Assembly (NCBI GenBank): GCA_050613775.1
Contig: JBODTK010000124.1
Span: 310,001 to 374,000, forward strand
DNA from: Neocallimastix sp. 'constans'
Taxonomy: Eukaryota
DNA: 64,000 nucleotides
Direction: 5' to 3'
The stretch's first letter is position 1; each line of letters opens with the position of its first letter. The notes below the pieces were generated by a model that did not search any database, had not been told where the DNA came from, and worked only from the letters and a program-made list of their open reading frames with translations. The position numbers and the translations under genes were made by a program. Below are positions 31,679-42,600 of the stretch, in pieces.

Positions 31679-32126
31679 AAAAAACATAGACTTGCACATA
31701 TGGGTACCCATCTCCCATATGGCCATACAGTTATTAATTAACTGTAAGGTGATGAGTTATTGGCATACTGTATCAGCTTCGCCGCTCTCAATCGTCGTTA
31801 CACACTGCCCGGAGATGCATTCCTAACGTTCCTACATATATCTCTAATGACCACGAGCATCAGAACGGAACCATTAACTCCTCCCTAGTGGGTGTAGTCA
31901 TTGGCGATTGGAAATTTTACAATCATCAAGGTCTATGCTTCAATTCAAAGCGTAGTATCAGGGATGGGTGAAATAATCATTTGAGGGAAAGCCTTATGGA
32001 CATCACGTGTGGTCTCATGATATCCCAGGATAGAAACCTCATCCGATTATTTGGTGCCATGCCGAGGATTCGAACCCCGCCCTCTACAGTGACCTGTATC
32101 GTCCTAACCGACTGGACCAACATGGC
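31679..32126 (-). mobile_element. tRNA-derived SINE-like retroposon, ~448 bp, oligo(T) 3' end, 15-bp TSD
   Basis: tRNA-like 5' head, GC-richer hairpin-containing body, and an exact direct repeat GATAATATGAATAAA at 31664-31678 and 32127-32141. Confidence 0.85.
32052..32126 (-). tRNA. tRNA-like (pseudo-tRNA) head of the SINE with encoded CCA; anticodon arm irregular (GTC/Asp-like)
   Basis: GCCATGTTGGTCCAGTCGGTTAGGACGATACAGGTCACTGTAGAGGGCGGGGTTCGAATCCTCGGCATGGCACCA has a 7-bp acceptor stem, D stem GTCC/GGAC, T arm CGGGG-TTCGAAT-CCTCG and A and B boxes. The anticodon stem TACAG/CTGTA closes only a 4-nt loop. Confidence 0.7.
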
Positions 32127-33135
32127 GATAATATGAATAAATATAAGTAGTTAATATTATTATTATTATTATTATTATTATATTTTTAAACTTTTTTTTT
32201 TTTTTTTAAAAGTATAAAATCAATAATAATGGAGGCAAGCTACTTATTTAATTTAACAACTACTTCATTATTTAATTATCTTGTTAAAAAGTTCAAAAAA
32301 AGAGTTGACAATAAAAAAAAAAGATCTTAATATCTCCATTAAGGAAAAAAATTCATTTATACTTCTAAATTTATTTCTATCTTTAATATCTATAATCTAT
32401 TTATCATAGATGTATGATAAATTTTTTTTTTTTATTAAGCTTTATTAAACTTTTTTTTTTTTTTTTTTTTTTTCTATTTCATTAACTTTTTTATTAATTG
32501 ATGATTGAATTCTGTTACACAAAATATTTAATGTCTGTCTGTTTTATTTTTTTAATTTTTTTTTTTTTTCCTTAAAAAAAAATATAAAAGTTAACAAAAA
32601 AAAAAATAAATGATAAAATAAAAAAGAATAAAATAAAAAAAAAAAAAATTAAAAAAAGTAATAGTAAAAAAAAAAATTGCTATTACAATTATATTGAAAA
32701 AAAAATCTGAAAGAAATAAAAAAAATAAAATAACAAAAAAAAAAAAAAAAAAAAAAAATAAAAAAAATAAAATAAAATAAAGTAAAAGTAATAGTAAAAA
32801 AGTATTACTATTTCAATTACATTGAAAATATTGAAGAAATAAGAAAAATAAAATAAAATAAAATAAAATAAAAAAAAAAAAAAAATAAAAGAAAAAAGAA
32901 AAAAAGATAAAAGAAAAAAGATAAAAGATAAAAGAAAAAATAGAAAATATAACAATAAATAAAGTTTATTAATAATTTAATATTAATTATTAATCAAAAT
33001 ATATATATATAACATTTATCTTTATTATTTAAAACTTCAAAAAAAAAAAAAAAAAAAAACATATAAATAAATAAAAAAATAAAATAATAAAAATAAAATA
33101 ATTTATGTATATAATCAAAGGAAAAATAAATCAAA

Positions 33136-36100
33136 ATGAACTCAGATTGTAATAAAATTACAGATTTTTTTTCAGAATATAATTTAGGTACTATGTTACC
33201 AAATTGTTGTGAAGTTAGTACAGGTTCTCATAAAATCGCTTGTGAAAATGGTTCCGTGACTGAAATGTATATAAAATATACATATAAAATACTTTTTAAA
33301 TAAAGAAAATTAAAAAAATTAAAAATATTTAAAATAATTAATATATTTAACTTTTTATTATTATTATTATTTTCCTTTTTTTATGTTTTATAATTAAAAA
33401 AAGTTCACTTGCTTTAAATAGGCTTAATGGAAAAATTGATTTTTCTTCTTTTCCACTTTTACCTAATCTTAAAATTCTGTAATTCATTTATATTTTTATT
33501 TTTTTTTTTATTAAATTTTATTATTATTATATATATATATTTTTTCATTTTACTATAGAAGAAATTAAAATATATTTTTATTATAAATAATTAGCAATAT
33601 AATTAATATAAAATAATATTATTATTATAATAATAAATTAGTGGTTTTGAAGGTAATATATTTAAAGATGATGTTCTGCCTTCAAGATTTTTTGAATTTT
33701 CAAACTTAGAAGAATTGTAAGTAAATTTATTAATTATGTAAATTATAAATATAATGAGATAATATTTCAAATTTATATGCCAAACATATTAGTAATTATC
33801 AAATAAAATTTTTGAATTCAATTATTAAATATCAATAATATTAATAAATATATATTTAAATATAGAATATTAACTCATTCTAATATAAAAGAACTTCCTA
33901 GTCTATCTTCTCCTTATACTTCACTTCATAAATTGTAATATAAAATATTATATATTTGTAAAAAAATATTTATTTTAACTATATTTTTAATTTTAATTAA
34001 TGATATATAATTATTATTTTTATTAGAAATTTATACAATAATACACTAGATAGTTTTCCTGAAACAATATTTAAATTGCCAAATTTGCAATTTTTGTAAG
34101 TAATATATATAAATATATAATTTGTTTTTTATTGTAAAATTATATAATTATTAATAATTTCAATTTAATTTAATTTAATTTATTTTTATTTTTACTTTTT
34201 TTTATTATTTATTTTTTATATATCATTATATTAAATATTTTCTCCTTTTATTTAACAACTTTCAATTTATTCTTAATAACCATTACAATACTATTTCTAA
34301 TAATACAATAACAACAAAACAACTGTTACTACTACAACTTACTACTATTGCTTCATATAATATCTACTACTGCTAATACTATTATATTGAATATGAACTG
34401 TTACACAATTACTATCACAATTGATAATAATTAATTAATTAATTAATAAATTTTTAGGGATCTATCATTAAATGAAAATATTAAATTTATTCCAGATGGT
34501 TTAGGTGAATTAAGTGAATTAAACATATTGTAAGTTATTTATATATATACAAATATTGACGGGCATGGTAAATTAATTAATAATTAATATCAATTAATTA
34601 TAAATTGTAGATATCTTGGTTATACTGGTTTAACTTGTTTACCTAAAGATATATATAAATTATCAAAGTTAAAAAATTTGTAAGTAATATTCTAAAATTT
34701 AAAAACTAAGAGTAATACATTAAAGGACAATAATAAATTAATATATATATATATTTAAATTTCTAATTTTTAAACAGTGATGTTGATAATAATCCTAATT
34801 TAAATGTAAAGCTTTACAAATTTGGAAATACTATTGAAAATTGTGATGTAAGAAATACTCAAGTTTCATGTTATGAACCAAATACATGTATAAATTTTGT
34901 TCTTGATGAAAATACTCATGCAACCGAATTAGCTACTTCAAGAAATTATGAACAGTGTGGTAGTTTTGATAGTGATGATTCATTTTGTACTTCATCTTCA
35001 TCTTCATCTTCAACTTCAACTTCAAGAGATAGTGGAGGAAATTCTAATATATTATGGATTATTTTATCTATTATTGCTGTTATTCTTTTTATTGTTTGTT
35101 TAATATTATTTTGGCGTCGTAAGAAAAGTAAGGATAATAAATCCACAACTAGTAGTATTGATGATGATATAGTGATTTCTCCTGTAATTAAAAATAAAGA
35201 TGATAGTAATGAAACTACTACTTCAAGGGAAATTCCATTGGAAAATAATAACAATAATAATGCAACAAGAGAAGTATCACCATCTGATGAAAATAATGTA
35301 TTACCTGTAATAAAAATTAATGATAATACAAATTCTGAAACTGGCTCTATAGAATCTTCAGATTTAACGGATTGTCAAATTAATAGTATAAATCTCTCAT
35401 CTTCTGATATTCAATTGAATTCCCCATCAAGACTTTCTTCAGAAATTCGGATGAGTTCATTATCATCCATTTCATCAGGTCTTCAGTTAAATTCACTATC
35501 GTCTATTTCACCAGAGCCTCAATTGAATTCACCAGGATCTCCATTAAGTTCACCAGAGCCTCAATTAAATTCACTAGAGCCTCAATTAAATTCACTAGAG
35601 CCTCAGTTAAATTCACCAGAATCTCAATTCAATTCACCAGAACCTCAATTAAATTCTTCAGAATCTCCATCAAATTCACCAGAGCCTCAATTAAATTCAC
35701 TAGAGCCTCAGTTAAATTCACCAGAATCTCAATTAAATTCACCTGAATCTCAATTAAATTCGCCTGAATCTCAATTAAATTCACCAGAACAACAATTAAA
35801 TTCACCATCATTAACTGCTATTCATTCTTCAAATGAAAATGATCATAGTAATATTTCAGGTAATTCACCAGTTGAACAACCTTCTTCTCCTTCAAAACAA
35901 TTAGATCTTTCTGTTGATTTAACAGAAAATATAGAAGAAACAGATGTTGCGTTACCACCTTATTCTGAAAGTAATCCTAATATTGTTAATACCGATTCTA
36001 ACCCACTTGTTTTTCAAATGTCTCAAAATAGTCCAAATCAATCATTTAATAATATGATTTATGGAAATGGATTTAATACGAACGTACCAGTATTTTATAA

Positions 36101-36437
36101 TATTACCAATGCAGGTGCTATTCCTGTTGTAAATCCATCAATTCAACAATTACAAAATGCTTCACGTATAAATAATAATAATAATAACATTAATAATAAT
36201 AATAATATTATGGTTCAACCAAATCCATTATTATCTTATCCACAATTAATGAGAAATGGATTAATTAATTTACAAAATCCAACAGCATCCATAAATGGTA
36301 ATAATGCATTATTACAAGGAAATGGTTATTATATCATGCAAAATACAAATAATATGTTGAATACTAATTCATTTATTCCAATTAACACCACCTCCATAAA
36401 TCCTGTACAAAATTTAAATATCAATCCTTCATTATTT

Positions 36438-36475
<38 letters not shown>

Positions 36476-36551
36476 AAATAATACAAATAATGCAAATAGT
36501 ACAAATAATAATAATAATACCAATGAAAACAACAATAATAATAATAACTAA
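33136..36551 (+). CDS. single-pass membrane LRR receptor-like protein, 8 exons, disordered cytoplasmic tail
   Basis: Exons 33136-33266, 33404-33478, 33642-33716, 33866-33934, 34027-34095, 34458-34529, 34611-34679 and 34778-36551. Cys-rich N-cap; LRRs such as NLYNNTLDSFPETIFKLPNLQFL and DLSLNENIKFIPDGLGELSELNIL; Cys-rich C-cap; TM ILWIILSIIAVILFIVCLILFW followed by RRKK. No signal peptide seen, so the start is uncertain. Confidence 0.85.
35508..35807 (+). repeat. 21-bp coding minisatellite (SPEPQLN/SPESQLN heptads)
   Basis: About a dozen heptads visible in DNA and protein. Confidence 0.9.
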
Positions 36552-36641
36552 AGATAATAAAATATCAAATCAATAATATAATGTAATTATAAGTCATATA
36601 ATTATAAATAGATATTAATAATATTAATGATATTCCTTAAT

Positions 36642-36681
<40 letters not shown>

Positions 36682-37777
36682 TGAATAATTTTATTAGTTA
36701 TTCTGATTATTATTATAATTGAAGTAATTAATAAATGATTATTTAATTTATGTATATAATAATTTAATTATATACATAAAAGAAGGAAAAGGGAAAATCT
36801 TTGAAATTTTTAAAAAGGAAAAAATTGAATAATATATATATTTTTTCATTATCAATTATTAATTAAAAATTAACAATATTTTATGTATTATTCATATTAA
36901 TAATATTAATAACTCATTTGAAAATATAAAGAAAAGATAATAAATAATAAAAATCAAAAAAATGAGAATAATAATAATTTAGCAATTAAACTATATTGTT
37001 ATAATATTTTATCAATTACTAATATCTTATTTTTAAAAAAATATATATTAAAAATGAAGAAATATAAATTTAAATATATATATATTAATCATTCATTTAT
37101 TATTTATTAATTAATTTATAAATAAATATATAAAATAAATAATAAATGAATAAATAATAAATGTAAAATTAAACATATAAACATATAAATAAATAAATAA
37201 ATAAAAAAACTATCACATTTTTAAAAATTGATAGAATACATTTTTAATTATGACCATTATTATTATTTATTTATTTAATATTAAAATTTTTTATTTTTTT
37301 AAAATTATTAATATTTTAGTGAGTAAAAAAGGTTTATATATTCAATAAAATTGATAAGAAAATAAAAAATAAAAATAAAAATGACAATGAAATAAAATAT
37401 AATATAATTGAAATAAAAATAAATATAAAAATAAAAATAAAATAATAATTAAATAAAAAAATAATAATAATAATAATAAAATAAAATAAAAAATAAAATA
37501 AAAAAAATATTAAAAAAAATATTAAAAAAAATATTAAAAAATATATTATATAAATTATATAAAATAAAGTTTCAAATTAATCTTTGTTTCGGTAATTTTT
37601 TTTTTTAAAACTATTTTATTTTTTATTTTAATGATAAATGTTATAAAAAAAATTTCCTACACAAAGTTTTTTATTGTTATATAATTTTGATAAGATAAAT
37701 GGATATAATTAATGAATAATAAAATAATTTTGTATGTAACATCAAACAATTATAATATTATAAAAATTAATGTTATT

Positions 37778-37848
<71 letters not shown>

Positions 37849-39680
37849 TTTTATTTTTATTTTTAGTTTTAGTTTTAGTTTTAGTTTTATTTAGTTTTAT
37901 TTAATTTTTGTTTTTACTAATCTTCAATTTAATATAATATATAATAAATGTACAAAATTTGATATAAGCATATAAAAAAGACAAAAAATTAAAAAAATAA
38001 AAACATGAAATAAAATAGTTTAAAATATGATAAATCATAATAAAATAAATATAATTTACATTTATTATAAATGTAATACTAAATTTTTTATTTCATCATA
38101 TTATTTTATTTTATTTTTTATACGATTCATTTTATAATATTTTAAAATTTTAAGCTTTTTTTTCTTTTTTTTCTTTTTTTTTTTTTTTTTTTTAAATTTT
38201 AATTTTATTTTATTCTATTTTATGGTATTTTATATAAATAAAAATGGATACTAATTTAAAAAAAAAAAAATTGTAAAGTACACTTAACAAATATATATGT
38301 ATAATTTAATAATAAATAATAATAATAATAATAATAATAGAGTAACGTTTAATTTTAGCCATATTTTACTGATATTTTATTATTATTATTATTATTATTA
38401 TTTTCAAAGTATTCTATAAACCTTTATATAATATTTTAATACATTAATAATAATAAAAATTTTTATTATAAACTTGATTGAAAAATTATATTTGAATTTT
38501 ATTTAACATGTATTTTTTTTTTTTTTTTATTTTACAAATAAGAAAATAATAATACTAATAATAATTAAAGTTTTAATATTTAATTTTTATGGAAATATTT
38601 TATAATCATTTTTTTATATTAATCTCGTATTAACATTGTTACATGATGAAAATAAAAAAATTAATAATATAAAATAATAGTTATTTGAAAAATACTATTA
38701 TACGTTTGTATGGTAATTTTAATAATATATATATAGTAACATATAAAAATGCTTCATTTCTAATTAATAAAAATTCCATTAATAACGTTAACAATAACAG
38801 TAATTGTAATAACAATAATGTAACAATAAAATAATAATAATAATATTAATAATGTAACAATAATAGTAGTAATGATAATAATGTAACAATAATAGTAGTA
38901 ATAATAATAAAAATTATAATAAATATAATTATAATAATAATAAAATAGTAAAAAAGTTAATAAAAAAAAATAAAATATCATAATCTATTAAATTATACTT
39001 AATTATAATAATAAAACTTTAAACAATTTAAAATAAAAGTTAACTATATTTATTAAATAAAATAATAAAATATTATTTAATTTTTTTTTTATATATTTTA
39101 TTCTTTATTTTATTTTTTTTTCGTTTTTAGGTGTTTTTTTTTTTTTCTTTTCTTTTTTTTTCTTTTTTTTTATTTTTTTACATAAATTTTTAGGTTTTGT
39201 ATAAAATATGATTTTAGAAATTTTAAATTTGGTATAAAATTTTTTAATTTTTTATTTTATTTTTTTTATTTTTTTCTTTTTAATTTTTTAATTTTTTAAT
39301 TTTTTTTTCTTTTTTACTTTATGAAATATAAACAATAAGGAGAATAAAATAAAAATATTATGTATATATGTTTAAAAAGTTCAATAATCAACAGTAATAA
39401 TATAATAATATAATATAACTATTATAAGAAATATTTTAAAAATAATATACATTCATAATAAAAAAAAAAAATAAAATAAAGAGAAAAACAAAAGAAAGAG
39501 AAATTATATTATAGAAAAGTTTTAAATCTTTTATTTTATTTTATTTTATTTTTTGTTATAATTGTTTTTTTTTTATTTGAAAATTATATTTGAATTTTGA
39601 AAACAGAAAAAAAAAAAAAAAAAAAAAAAAAGAACAAAAAAGAAAAATTAAACTATAATATTTTTTAAAATCATTGTAAT

Positions 39681-42600
39681 ATGATTTCATCAAAATCGAA
39701 ATCCACAAATGGAACATTGAGTTCCATTAAAAGTAAAAAAAATGAATTATATAAAAAAAGTTCATCACTTAGTGATAATAAATTAAAAGGTAGTGCTTTC
39801 ACTTAAAATAGTACTCTTTATTTATTTTTTTATTTTAATTATTTTTTATTCGTTTATAAATTAAAGATAGTTTGAAATATAAAGAGAAATATATATATAT
39901 ATATATATATAATAAATTTTGATTATAAATAATTAATTTCCATTAACAATTTTTATTATATTAAAAAAAATTATATATTTATAGATGATAGTAGTAGTAG
40001 TAAAAAGATTACATCAAAATCAAAAAGAAAATCAATTTCAAATTTAAAACTTAAAGATGTTATTAGAATAAAAGATGGTAAACATACTAAAAAAAGTATA
40101 TCAGATTCTAATTTACAAAAAATTAATGAATTAAAAAGAGATAAGGCATTTTTAGTAAATGTAAGTATGAAATGAAAAGAAAAGAGTAAAATAAAAATAA
40201 AAAAAACAAGAATGATTTAAAAAAAAAAAAATATAAAATATATTTTTTTTATTTCAATAAGTCATTTTATATATGCTTGAATAGAAAAAATATAAATCAA
40301 AAAAAAAAAAAAAAAAAAAAAATGAAAACAAATATTTAATATAGAACTAATATAAAATTAATATATATATAAAATATCTAAATGACAAAATAGATTCAAA
40401 AAGCACAAGATAATGCTTTAAAAAATTCTAATAAATTATTAAGAAAATATCCCGAGACCATAGCAAAATTAAACGAAGAAATTAAAGCATTAAAAGTAAT
40501 AAAAAAAAAAAAATAATGATAATGATATAATAATAATATAATAATAATAAATAAAATAAAAAAGTTTAAAAATATTTATTATAAATAAATTTTTAATATA
40601 TAAAAAAATTATCTTAAAAACTTTAAAAACTTAATCAAATAATAATAAAATTTTATTTCTAATTACTATATATTTATATATATTTTATAATTAATTATTT
40701 ATATATATATTTAATATATATTATATATATTATTATTTATTATATTTATATATATATTAAAAAAAAAAAAAAAAAAAATTGTTAATCATAAGGCACAAAA
40801 TAAAATTTTTAAGAAAAGATTTGAAATTGTTAATAACAGTTTAGAATTTAAGAATGAAAGTAAAAAAAAGAAGAAGGAAAACTCTGTTCGTTATTTAAAG
40901 AATGAATTATTTGAAGAAAGAGAAAATTTAATGATTGAAATTGATGATTTAAAAACTGAACTTCAAGAAAAAAATTATGAAATTGATGTAAATATTATTA
41001 TTAAAAAAATATATATATCTTCATTCATTCATTCTTTTTTTTTTTATTTTTATCTATTTTTTTATTATAATAATATATGTTAAGATATAAAAAATATTAG
41101 TTAAAATAATTATTATTTATACTTTTTTATATTTTAATATTTCGTAAATATAAAAATTGTAATAGAAAATACTAGCAAAGAATAAAGAAGATAATTATAA
41201 AAGTAACGAAAGAATTAAAAGAATAAAGGAAGAAACAAAATACTATGAAACTATTAAGTATAATAATGAAAATGAAAGATTAAAAGCAAATGTTTATGTG
41301 AGTATATATATATATATATAATATATATAATTTTATTATATATAATAAAAACATTTATATTTAATATAAATATATAATATTATTAAGAATATGAAATTTA
41401 TTATATTAAACTAAATATTATATTAAATATAATATTAATTTATTAACAAACACTTTTCTATTTCTTTATCTTTCTCATAATAAAACTTTTAAAAAAAATG
41501 ATATCAATATTATCGTTTAATTGATTAGCATTTGAATGAAGAGTTAGAATTAAAAAATAATGAATTAATTCAAAAAAATAAGGATATTGAGGAAAGAGAT
41601 CAAATGATTAAGGATTTGAAAAAAAAAATATATAATGCTAATATGAAAAGCTTTATTTTAAATAAAAGTAAATTTACTAACGAGGAACCCACCTACGAAC
41701 AGATACAAATGGAAGATAAATATAATTACTTTAGTAAAAACAGAAAATCTGAAAGTTACAATAATCTCTTTAATAGAAATAATAGTGATAGCAATAGTAA
41801 TAAAATTGAATCTAATGATTACTCCTTTTATCATGGTAAAATGATGCAACTTCCAACAGAAAAGAAGCCAATGATTACTAGTACTAGTCAGTCTTCGTTA
41901 AAAATACCTGAATATATTCATATTCATTCCTTAGACAAAAAATCTAAGAATAAGGATGAAGCGGTTCAACATATTAAAAATCTTGCTCATTCCTTAAATA
42001 AATATAAACATTTATATTCAACTGCTAATAATAGTAGTAGTATTAGTAATGAATCTGAATCAATGGAAAATACAAATAGTACTTCATTACCAACCATTCA
42101 TGTAAAGACTTCAAAGAAAAAGGATAAGATAAGTATTACAAAAGAAATTGAAAAGAAACAAAGTATTAAGAATCTTAGTATGGGTAAAAATGAAGAAGTT
42201 GATTTAAACATGGTATCCAAGAACCCAATGGTTAATAAATTACCACCATTAAATAGAAGTGCTTCTTCTATCAATGAAGAAAATCAGTCCAGAAACAATG
42301 AAAAGGAAGAAACTACTGAAGTCAGTATGGAACAAAAGGAAGAAATTCAAGCCCCAGTAGCTACAGAAATTGAAACCGAGGCCATCACTAAAACAGAATC
42401 TGAAGAAGAAAAAGAAGAAGTTTCAATAGAAAATAAGAATGAAGAAGCTTCCGCTGAAGATAATAAGGAAATAGAAAAGGAAAATAATGAAGAAATTATT
42501 GCTACTACTGAAACTGAAATTAAAAAAATAAATGATGAAGCTAATCAACAAAAGGATGAAGAAGAAAAAGAAGTTGAAGTAAAAGAAGTTGAACAAACAA

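Noticed and set aside
31679..32050. Hammerhead ribozyme or known snRNA/RNase P/SRP RNA in the SINE body
   Set aside because: CTGATG is not followed by the CUGANGA...GAAA core, and I recognised no diagnostic motifs by eye. An Rfam search is still needed.
32052..32126. Functional tRNA-Asp gene
   Set aside because: The anticodon loop is not 7 nt, there is no T-run terminator right after it, and it lies inside a TSD-bounded element.
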